DNA of 64,000 bases from an uncultured Planctomycetia bacterium (lineage in GTDB: Bacteria > Omnitrophota > Gorgyraeia > 2-02-FULL-51-18): contig CAZSGP010000001.1 of assembly GCA_964606485.1 (NCBI GenBank), positions 161,085 through 225,084 of the forward strand. Reading direction: 5' to 3'. Shown here in pieces: positions 29,405-36,990 of the stretch (position 1 is its first letter; each line of letters begins with the position of its first letter). The position numbers were made by a program, and so were the translations under genes. The notes under the pieces are model-generated. The model saw only the letters and a program-made list of their open reading frames with translations, was not told the DNA's origin and did not search any database.

Positions 29405-30576
29405 GCGAAACGTTTGTTGTTGCGATTTTAAATTTAAGTGTGTTTGCGATGGCTGCAGTCATCTGCTATGGCATCACATTTGGTTTGAGAAGTGTATCTT
29501 ACCGCCTGGATCTTCTCGACTATCCATCGGAACGAAAAATTCACAAAGCGCCGATGCCGTTTCTCGGAGGATTAGGTCTTTTTATTTCGTTTTGGTTCGT
29601 GGTGTTTACCGGATTTTTATTTTGTGTTGTGCTGGGCCCGCGGCTGAGCATTACCCAATGGGGTCACTCGTATCAAATATTGCAGGGAGCTCTTGCAATT
29701 TTTCCAAAAATTCTATGGATCTTTATTGGAAGTTTAATTATTTGGTCGGTCGGAATTTTGGATGATAAGTTTTTATGGTCGCCGATTAAAAAATTAATCG
29801 GGCAGATCGTTGCGGCGTTTATTTTAATTGATTTAGGCCTGACCATTAATCTTGTGAGCAGTTTAGGGTTCCTAGGGTATCTAGCAACGTTTATTTGGAT
29901 TCTTTTGATTATTAATGCTTTTAATTTTATCGATTCACTGGACGGACATTGTGCTGGAATCGCTTTTATTTCGTGCGGCATTTTTTTCTGGATTACTCAA
30001 ATCATCGACCAGACGCTAGTGGGATTTTTTCTAGTGGCATTTGCAGGGTCGTTGTTCGGATTTTTGCCGCATAATTTTAAGCCAGCTAAAATTTTTCTAG
30101 GGGACAATGGCAGCTTGCTGATCGGCTACATGATGGCGGCATTTACACTGCTCTGCCGCTACCAGTCTCCCCAAACACCGCATTTAATCACGGTGTTTAT
30201 CCCGGTGCTTGTTTTCGGGGTTCCCATTTATGATACGTTGTCGGTGGTGGCGGTGCGGCTTCTGAGAGGCCAAGCTCCATGGAAAGGGGACCGCAATCAT
30301 TTTGCGCACCGGCTTGTCAAAATTGGAATGAGCGACAAGGTGGCGGTTGTGTTTTCGTATTTCATCGCCTTTACCCTTGGCCACGTTGCTTTACTCATGA
30401 CCCAGGTGGACTGGTTCGGCGTGTTCATCATTGCTATTATTTTTATGTCGATTATCGGAATGATCGCCTTCCTTGAGTTTTATATCGCGCAGCGCGCCAA
30501 AATCTCTGAATCTCTCGCCAAAGAAAACCGTCGGCGCCGCGAGGACATCCGGGGCTTTGAAAACGACGTTTTTTAA
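29401..30576 (+). CDS. Polyprenyl-phosphate sugar-1-phosphate transferase (WecA/MraY superfamily), initiating enzyme
   Basis: NAFNFIDSLDGHCAGIA (the NxxNxxDGxDGL motif of the MraY/WecA family) and about 10 TM segments. Confidence 0.8.
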   Translation: MSETFVVAILNLSVFAMAAVICYGITFGLRSVSYRLDLLDYPSERKIHKAPMPFLGGLGLFISFWFVVFTGFLFCVVLGPRLSITQWGHSYQILQGALAIFPKILWIFIGSLIIWSVGILDDKFLWSPIKKLIGQIVAAFILIDLGLTINLVSSLGFLGYLATFIWILLIINAFNFIDSLDGHCAGIAFISCGIFFWITQIIDQTLVGFFLVAFAGSLFGFLPHNFKPAKIFLGDNGSLLIGYMMAAFTLLCRYQSPQTPHLITVFIPVLVFGVPIYDTLSVVAVRLLRGQAPWKGDRNHFAHRLVKIGMSDKVAVVFSYFIAFTLGHVALLMTQVDWFGVFIIAIIFMSIIGMIAFLEFYIAQRAKISESLAKENRRRREDIRGFENDVF

Positions 30577-30597
30577 AGCTCTCCTCATCCGAGGATC

Positions 30598-30625
30598 TTG
30601 ACAATTGTTAACAAATGAATAGAAT
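30598..30625 (+). promoter_or_regulatory. Sigma70-like promoter TTGACA-16-TAGAAT with palindromic operator (ACAATTGT / TTGTTAACAA) in the spacer, upstream of the ABC operon
   Basis: Read directly: TTGACA at 30598-30603, TAGAAT at 30620-30625, perfect palindrome TTGTTAACAA at 30605-30614. It sits in a 62-nt gap after about 30 kb of gap-less genes. Confidence 0.5.
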
Positions 30626-30638
30626 AGTCTAGAAATCT

Positions 30639-31586
30639 ATGGTTGAAGCCAAGAATCTCTCTATGTTTTATGGCCCCACCAAGGCGCTCGACTCGGTCTC
30701 GTTTCGCGTGGCTGAGAACGAAGTGGTTGGTCTTTTGGGTCCGAATGGCGCAGGCAAGACTACGATTATGCGCATCTTGACCACTTTTATTTATCCCACC
30801 AGCGGAACGGCGTCGGTCTGCGGCATCGATGTCACCAATAACCCCATTCAAGCGCGTCAAAATATTGGTTATCTCCCAGAGTCGCCTCCCTTATATATGG
30901 ATATGCGAGTTGATGAATTCATCGATTTTGTCGGGCGCGCCCGCGGTTTAAGCGGTCGAAAACTGGCTGAACGTAAGGACTGGGGCGTGGAAGCGTGCGG
31001 GGTAAAGCCGGTTTGGAAGCATCAAATGAGCGAGTTGTCGCTTGGTTTTCGCCAGCGCGTCGGTATTTTTCAAGCGCTGATTCACGATCCCAAAGTGGTA
31101 ATTTTGGACGAACCCACCTCAGGTCTTGACCCTATTCAAATTATTGGTGTGCGCAACCTTATTCGGGATCTTGCCAAAACTAAGACTGTTTTATTTTCGA
31201 CACACATTCTCCAGGAAGCCTCTGCGGTTTCCCAACGCCTTTTTATTATTAATCAAGGAAAGATTGTGGCTCAAGGAACTACCGCGGAACTTCAAGGCGG
31301 CGCAAAAAAAGAAGAGCTAATTTATCTTTCAGCTGATGCCCCGAAGGCGGATTTGGAAAATGCGCTAGCGGCCCTCAAACCTGTGAAGCGGGCCGTGTTC
31401 GTGGATACTTATCGCGGGGCACCCCGGTTTTCAATTTCAGTTTCTTCATTTGAAGAGGCGGCTCGGGAAATTTCAAACGTTTGTCATGAGCGTAAGTGGC
31501 TCGTGAAGGAATTTTCGTCGCATGAAGCCTCTCTAGAGGAAGTGTTTGTCGAATTTTTTAAACGTTCGAAAGGCAAGGTCGAGTAG
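30639..31586 (+). CDS. ABC transporter ATP-binding protein (ABC-2/GldA-like)
   Basis: Walker A LLGPNGAGKTTIM, signature LSLGFRQRV, Walker B VVILDEPTSGLDP. Confidence 0.85.
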   Translation: MVEAKNLSMFYGPTKALDSVSFRVAENEVVGLLGPNGAGKTTIMRILTTFIYPTSGTASVCGIDVTNNPIQARQNIGYLPESPPLYMDMRVDEFIDFVGRARGLSGRKLAERKDWGVEACGVKPVWKHQMSELSLGFRQRVGIFQALIHDPKVVILDEPTSGLDPIQIIGVRNLIRDLAKTKTVLFSTHILQEASAVSQRLFIINQGKIVAQGTTAELQGGAKKEELIYLSADAPKADLENALAALKPVKRAVFVDTYRGAPRFSISVSSFEEAAREISNVCHERKWLVKEFSSHEASLEEVFVEFFKRSKGKVE

Positions 31587-31589
31587 ACA

Positions 31590-34037
31590 ATGCGTCATTT
31601 TTGGACCATTTTTAGACGGGAACTCGGAGCGTATTTCAATTCTTCGATCGCCGTTATTTTCGTCATTGTATTTACCGTTTTAAACAACGGACTTTTCATG
31701 CTCCAGTTTTTCCAAATTGGAAAAGCCGACATGAGAATGTTTTTTAATTTCCTTCCTTATTCGCTCGTTGTATTTATCCCGGCGATTTCCATGCGTCTGT
31801 GGGCCGAGGAAAAAAGAACGAGCACGTTCGAGCTTCTCCTGACTTTTCCGATGCGGCCGGGTGAGCTTGTGCTCGGCAAATACATGGCGAGCCTAGTTTT
31901 TTATATTTTTACGCTTCTATCCACCGTGATGGTGCCGATCATGATTCAAATGCTTGGGCAAGCGGATCCAGGCCCGATTCTAGGGGGGTATTTTGGCGCA
32001 TTTTTAGCGGGAGCCTTGTTTCTGGCTATCGGAATTTTTATATCCGGTCTTTGCAAGGACCAGATTGTTGCATTTATTTTGTCGATGATTGTTTCATTCA
32101 CGCTGTTTCTTGTGGGCCTTGATTCAGTGGCGCTTTTCTTTGATGGTTGGATTTCCGGGTTTGGCACGCTGATTAAAAATACAATTGGCATGACCGGACA
32201 TGTGGCGGGTTTAAGCCGCGGAGTGCTGGACACGAAAGACGTGCTCTACTTCTTGATTTTAATTGGTGTGTTTTTATTTCTCAACGGTCTTTCTTTGGAA
32301 GGCCGCATGAAACCGAAAGCCAAAGTTGTTTTCTCGACGGCCGTGTTCGTGGGTCTTTTGTGCGCGGTGCTTGCGTCTTGGCTTTTGCAGGATGTGAATC
32401 TTGGTCGGTTTGATTTAACACAAGATAAGTCCTACACCATTTCCGATGTTTCGCTTAAAGTGCTTAAGAATTTAAAAGTGCCCGTGCAGGTAAAGCTTTA
32501 TGTCTCGCCGGTAGAGAGCATGCCGACGATCCTGAAGACACTGGAACAGCAAGTGTCAGATAAGCTTTCTGAAATGCGCGCTGCTTCCGACGGCAAACTT
32601 AAGTTCCGCGTGATTCATTTAGAGCCGCTCGACGCCAAAGACGAAGAAGTTCGAAAGAATCTGCAGGAGCAGGGTGTCGCTCCGTTTCAAGTGGAGTCTA
32701 TCCAAAAAGACGAAGTCGGCGTGAAGCTTATTTACTCGACACTTGTGATCGAGTATAAAGAAAAGCCTTCGGAAATCATCCCTCGAATTGTCCCGCAAAC
32801 GCTTCAGACGTTGGAGTACCAGCTTCTATCGCGCATTTATAAAATGACGCAGGAAGACAAGCCTAGAGTTGCTATTTATGCACCGGTGAAGAATGAAGAG
32901 CTCTCGCCGGAACTGAGTCAACTGCTTGGTGCTGCCGGCGTGAAAGATCAAAAAGACTACGAGGATGATTTTAAAACAGCCTCGCTTTTAGTGAAGAACA
33001 ACGGTTATGAAACCAAGCGCGTGGCCCTCACCGCGTCGGATTTGATTCCGGAGAAAACGACGACGCTCGTGGTTTTGAATCCTGGGACGCTGAATGAGCG
33101 CCAGCGCTATGAAATCAGCAAATTTTTGTATCAGGGTGGGCATGTGGTGGTGGCCGCTCAAGGGTTTGAATTTGGTTATAAGCGCGAGGAGTCAGGGGTT
33201 GAAGCCGAGCCCAAAAAGCAAAGTCTCTCCGATTTAAACGCGCTTCTTGAAAAATGGGGCGTGAAAGTCAGCGAAGATATTTTGTGCGACAAGGAATCGG
33301 AAGTTATTTCGATCACCACCGGCCAGACGATTGGGCCATTTGCGCTTGAGATGCCCGTAAAGTTCCCTAATCAAATCGTGATCCGGGAATCGACGATCAA
33401 TAAGACTTCTGCTTTTACCGACAGGCTCCCATCGCTTTTTTATCTCTGGGGTTCGGCGCTTGAGCTTTCGAATGATGCGCTTTCTCAGTCGGGACTTAAG
33501 TCCACCGTGCTTTTCACCTCTAGCGCCAATAGCTGGAAAATGCCCAACGATGGACACACGAATTTAAGTGAGAAAAATAGCAATCCACCGGCTGAAACAA
33601 AGGGGCTTTATCCGCTCGCGGTTCTCCTGGAAGGAAAATTTTCAAGCGCTTTTACCGGTAAAGTGCCCGCATGGCCGGCGACCGATGGACAGGAAGCTGC
33701 GAAAATCGAAGACATTCAACTCGGAGAGCAGAAGCCGGGCAAACTGATCGTCGTGGGTTGCTACAAAACATTCTCGGAAGAATCGATTCAAAATCCCGGC
33801 AATATTAATTTCTATGCCAATATCATCGACGGACTTACGATGGGCGAGGACCTAATCGCGATCCGCTCGAAGTCGGGCGTGATCCGAGACATTAAGCGCG
33901 TTTCCAATGCGGAAAAAATTGGTTACCGTTTTTTTGCGGTATTCCTATTGCCGCTTATTTTGCTCATCCTCACCTTTATTAAAGTGTTTTTACGCAAAAA
34001 AGAAAAAGAGTTTTACCTTAAAGCATCTCAAGTATGA
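31590..34037 (+). CDS. ABC-2 family permease fused to a large GldG-like extracytoplasmic auxiliary domain (GldF-GldG-type fusion)
   Basis: N-terminal ~240 aa has 6 TM helices (ABC-2 permease). It is followed by a ~550-aa soluble region and a terminal TM (LLPLILLILTF), as in GldG-type ABC auxiliary proteins. The family assignment is from architecture, not a searched match. Confidence 0.55.
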   Translation: MRHFWTIFRRELGAYFNSSIAVIFVIVFTVLNNGLFMLQFFQIGKADMRMFFNFLPYSLVVFIPAISMRLWAEEKRTSTFELLLTFPMRPGELVLGKYMASLVFYIFTLLSTVMVPIMIQMLGQADPGPILGGYFGAFLAGALFLAIGIFISGLCKDQIVAFILSMIVSFTLFLVGLDSVALFFDGWISGFGTLIKNTIGMTGHVAGLSRGVLDTKDVLYFLILIGVFLFLNGLSLEGRMKPKAKVVFSTAVFVGLLCAVLASWLLQDVNLGRFDLTQDKSYTISDVSLKVLKNLKVPVQVKLYVSPVESMPTILKTLEQQVSDKLSEMRAASDGKLKFRVIHLEPLDAKDEEVRKNLQEQGVAPFQVESIQKDEVGVKLIYSTLVIEYKEKPSEIIPRIVPQTLQTLEYQLLSRIYKMTQEDKPRVAIYAPVKNEELSPELSQLLGAAGVKDQKDYEDDFKTASLLVKNNGYETKRVALTASDLIPEKTTTLVVLNPGTLNERQRYEISKFLYQGGHVVVAAQGFEFGYKREESGVEAEPKKQSLSDLNALLEKWGVKVSEDILCDKESEVISITTGQTIGPFALEMPVKFPNQIVIRESTINKTSAFTDRLPSLFYLWGSALELSNDALSQSGLKSTVLFTSSANSWKMPNDGHTNLSEKNSNPPAETKGLYPLAVLLEGKFSSAFTGKVPAWPATDGQEAAKIEDIQLGEQKPGKLIVVGCYKTFSEESIQNPGNINFYANIIDGLTMGEDLIAIRSKSGVIRDIKRVSNAEKIGYRFFAVFLLPLILLILTFIKVFLRKKEKEFYLKASQV

Positions 34038-35059
34038 AAATTCAAAAACTAATTGGACTTATTTTTCTGCTGGCTCTGCTCGTTGTCGGCGTTGTTGTGA
34101 AATCAAATCACGACCGCGCAGAGCGCGTGTCTATGGAAGCAAAGTCTGTGGAAGTGGTAACCTTCAATAAGGAGTTGGAATTTTCGGCGGTGCGCAAGAT
34201 TACCGTGACGAAGGGCTTGGATACAACTTCTCAAATTACGATGCTCAAGAATGACCAAAATGCATGGACGATGCCGACTCATTTTGGAGCGGGTGCCCGC
34301 AAGTCGTTGGCCGAAGAGCTGATCAAAAAATTAACGGCTCTAAAAGGGGAGCTTCGATCCGATTCGGATGGAGTGCTGGTTGACTATAAGATCGACGATT
34401 CCCAAGGGCTTCATGTGGTGCTTGAAAACGCATCGGGGAAGGTCTTGACCCACACGGTGCTCAGCTTAGAGCGCCCAGGGCGCTCCGGAAATTTTGTTCG
34501 AACCACCCAAGGCCCCACCGTGATTGTCTCGAAAGAAGATATTTTGATGATTCTTGGCTTTTACTCAAAAGACTCGAAACTTGATCCTAAAAATTTCATG
34601 GATTTAAAAGTGGCAAACTTTGACGCTTCCAAGGTTAAGCGCCTAGAGCTCGTTCAACCCGATTCCAAGTTTGGGGCGCTGACTCTCGTTCAGTCTGGGT
34701 CCGGGGCAGCAGCCAAATGGGCTTTTGAGCCGGTCACAAGCGATGAGATTGACCCATCCAAAATGAGCGAGTTCCTGTCCAATGCCTCGAGCGTCTATGC
34801 TATGGATGCGCTAGACCCCGCGGGGACTTCCTACGGTTTTTCCGCAAAGCCATGGATACGCGTTACCGGAGAAGACCAAGGCAAGCCTTTTGAAATCTCT
34901 TACACGCTTGGCAAGAAAGTGGATGCCGACAAATCCATTTATCTCAAAGTACTTCCCGCCGGAAATGTGTACTCAGTGAGCGAAGGAAATCTCGAATACC
35001 TCTCCAAAAAGGACAAGGTTTTTTTTATTAAGCCTGAGTCCACCGAAGCTAAAAAATAA
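34034..35059 (+). CDS. N-terminally anchored extracytoplasmic protein, DUF4340-like accessory of GldG-type ABC systems (tentative)
   Basis: Single N-terminal TM (LIGLIFLLALLVVGVVV), followed by a beta-rich domain with no catalytic motifs. The call rests on the position after the GldG-like gene. Confidence 0.3.
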   Translation: MKIQKLIGLIFLLALLVVGVVVKSNHDRAERVSMEAKSVEVVTFNKELEFSAVRKITVTKGLDTTSQITMLKNDQNAWTMPTHFGAGARKSLAEELIKKLTALKGELRSDSDGVLVDYKIDDSQGLHVVLENASGKVLTHTVLSLERPGRSGNFVRTTQGPTVIVSKEDILMILGFYSKDSKLDPKNFMDLKVANFDASKVKRLELVQPDSKFGALTLVQSGSGAAAKWAFEPVTSDEIDPSKMSEFLSNASSVYAMDALDPAGTSYGFSAKPWIRVTGEDQGKPFEISYTLGKKVDADKSIYLKVLPAGNVYSVSEGNLEYLSKKDKVFFIKPESTEAKK

Positions 35060-35086
35060 GCTCCTCGTAACACCCATTTCTTTTTA

Positions 35087-35115
35087 TTGACAGGTCTAAG
35101 CGCATTTGATATATT
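35087..35115 (+). promoter_or_regulatory. Consensus sigma70-like promoter TTGACA-17-TATATT
   Basis: TTGACA 35087-35092 and TATATT 35110-35115, inside a 136-nt intergenic gap. Confidence 0.5.
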
Positions 35116-35125
35116 TTCTGTACTT

Positions 35126-35139
35126 CCAGTAAGTACTGG
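35126..35139. promoter_or_regulatory. Inverted repeat CCAGTA-AG-TACTGG just downstream of the -10, candidate operator for the adjacent HTH protein
   Basis: Perfect 6-2-6 inverted repeat read directly at 35126-35139 (it contains the AGTACT palindrome). Sits at roughly +5 to +18 relative to the predicted start site. Confidence 0.35.
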
Positions 35140-35195
35140 ATATACAAGGATAGCAGTAATCATCAAACATTTGAGAATTATAAAAATCAAAGTAC

Positions 35196-35450
35196 ATGCC
35201 TGAAAAAAACGGCTCGCTCCTAACGGCTCAGGAAATATCCAAAAAATTTAAGGTGGCATATCCCACCATTAATCACTACACCGATTTGGGATTTCTCCAG
35301 ATTGTGAAGCGTCAGGGTAACCGCCGCATGTATGATGAGAGCGATGTGAAGAAACGCCTCGAAACCATCTCAGCCCTTGCCAATGAAGGCTACCCTTTAA
35401 GACTAATCCGTAAAAAGCTACTTGTAGATGGAGGGGGTGTGGAGCTATGA
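35196..35450 (+). CDS. Small MerR-like helix-turn-helix DNA-binding protein (84 aa)
   Basis: LTAQEISKKFKVAYPTINHYTDLGFLQIVKRQGNRRMYDESDV is a MerR/excisionase-type HTH (the 'T...I..Y...GLL....R...G.R.Y' pattern). ATGA overlap with the downstream ATPase gene. Confidence 0.5.
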   Translation: MPEKNGSLLTAQEISKKFKVAYPTINHYTDLGFLQIVKRQGNRRMYDESDVKKRLETISALANEGYPLRLIRKKLLVDGGGVEL

Positions 35451-36319
35451 GCTACTATCGCATCTTGGGCTTTGAAAAAGAGCCGTTCTCAACCAGCCCC
35501 GATCCGGAATTTTTCTACTCTTCGCGCGAACATGAGCGCGCACTCACCAATGTCTTGATTGAGCTTCGCTTAAAGCGGGGTCTGAGCGTGGTGCTGGGCG
35601 ATGTGGGCACCGGAAAGACCACACTGTCTCGTAAGCTCGTGCAGGATCTGAAAAACCGCGAAGACTGCTTGTTCCACATTGTCTTAGACCCTTCCTTTGA
35701 GGACCGCACACTTTTTTTAAGATCGCTCGTGCGGAATTTTGGAGCAGCCCCCGAAGCCGAAGCCCAGAAAATGGACGGAACCGCACTCCGTGAAGCATTT
35801 GAGCGCTTTCTCTTTCAAAAAGGGGTGGTGGAAAACCGCACCGTGATTCTTGTGATTGACGAAGCGCAGATGCTTGATCCGGTGACACTTGAAAGCCTGA
35901 GGCTTTTACTCAATTACGAAACCAATCAATTTAAATTGCTTCAGCTTGTGCTGCTCGGGCAGACCGAGCTTTTAGGCACGATTAAAGCGATCCCTAATTT
36001 TTTAGACCGGATTAGCTTTAAGTCGACGCTGAATCCCCTGGATTACAACGAAATGAAGGAAATGATTTTCTTTCGCATTTTGCAAGCCGGGTACAAGGCG
36101 AAAATGGATTTATTTTTAGAAGAGGCTCTGCGGGAAATTTACCAGCACACACAAGGGTACCCGAGACAGGTGACGATGCTTTGTCACCGCGCGCTCAAAG
36201 AGATGCTGATGACGAAGAAAATGGCAGTAGACTTGCAAATTATCGAAACGCTTATCGAAAGTGAGGTAGAGTCCGGATGGCACAGGAGCCAGGGCTTACT
36301 CCAGAAAAACAATTACTAA
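35447..36319 (+). CDS. ExeA/GspA/MshM-like AAA+ ATPase (secretin-associated)
   Basis: Walker A VVLGDVGTGKTTLSRKL, Walker B VILVIDEAQMLD, LVLLGQTEL. The family's characteristic N-terminus YYRILGFEKEPFSTSPDPEFFY is present. Confidence 0.75.
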   Translation: MSYYRILGFEKEPFSTSPDPEFFYSSREHERALTNVLIELRLKRGLSVVLGDVGTGKTTLSRKLVQDLKNREDCLFHIVLDPSFEDRTLFLRSLVRNFGAAPEAEAQKMDGTALREAFERFLFQKGVVENRTVILVIDEAQMLDPVTLESLRLLLNYETNQFKLLQLVLLGQTELLGTIKAIPNFLDRISFKSTLNPLDYNEMKEMIFFRILQAGYKAKMDLFLEEALREIYQHTQGYPRQVTMLCHRALKEMLMTKKMAVDLQIIETLIESEVESGWHRSQGLLQKNNY

Positions 36320-36990
36320 ATCTGATTGAGAACGGTCAGAAAGCTGAGACCGGCACAGGCACGGGTGTGCCCGGAGCGCCGGCCGCGGCTCAAACGAAGA
36401 CCGCTGCTCGGTCCGGACGTTTTTCTTTGGGAGCTTTGCGGGGCGCGGTGCTTGGAAGATTTTCATTCTTTAAGCGCACGACGACGAAGAAGATTTCAAA
36501 ATCAAAAATTCGCCTGAGCCTCGGACTGGCGAATAAGTTTTTAGCGGCCGCCGCAGTGGTGTTGTTTTTTTACGTAGCGTCCGACGTGACTTTTTCTATG
36601 ATGGAACTCGGCAAGGCGCCGAACTTACTGTTTCAGGATGGAAAAGCACAGACTCCAAGTGCGGCTGGACAGGTTTCTCCTTTAAGAGACCAAGCTTATT
36701 ATTCGCAAAAAATATCCTCACGGGATATTTTTAAGGGAGAGGCAGAAAAAAGGGAAAAGAAAAAGGAAGCAGCTGCGCCGCTGGCTGATGCCGGGGAAAA
36801 ATTTAAGAACCTTTCACTTGTCGGAATTTCGTGGTCGAGCAATCCGGATGCGATCATTGAGGACAAGGACCGACAGAAGACTTTTTTTGTGAAGCGCGGA
36901 CAGATGGTGGGGGCGGATATCAAGGTAGAGTCTATTTTAAAAGACCGGGTGATCTTAAGCTTTGACGGCGAGGAATTTGAATTAAAATGA
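36277..36990 (+). CDS. Membrane-anchored periplasmic protein with PilP/GspC-like C-terminal beta domain (candidate secretin-docking component)
   Basis: Single TM (LAAAAVVLFFYVASDV). The C-terminus FFVKRGQMVGADIKVESILKDRVILSFDGEEFEL resembles the PilP / GspC-HR secretin-binding domain. ATGA overlap with the secretin gene. Confidence 0.3.
   Translation: MAQEPGLTPEKQLLNLIENGQKAETGTGTGVPGAPAAAQTKTAARSGRFSLGALRGAVLGRFSFFKRTTTKKISKSKIRLSLGLANKFLAAAAVVLFFYVASDVTFSMMELGKAPNLLFQDGKAQTPSAAGQVSPLRDQAYYSQKISSRDIFKGEAEKREKKKEAAAPLADAGEKFKNLSLVGISWSSNPDAIIEDKDRQKTFFVKRGQMVGADIKVESILKDRVILSFDGEEFELK

Noticed and set aside
35060-35086. T-rich stretch (tttctttttatt) after the DUF4340-like gene as a terminator
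   Set aside because: No GC-rich stem precedes the T-run, so it is more likely just AT-rich spacer ahead of the promoter at 35087.
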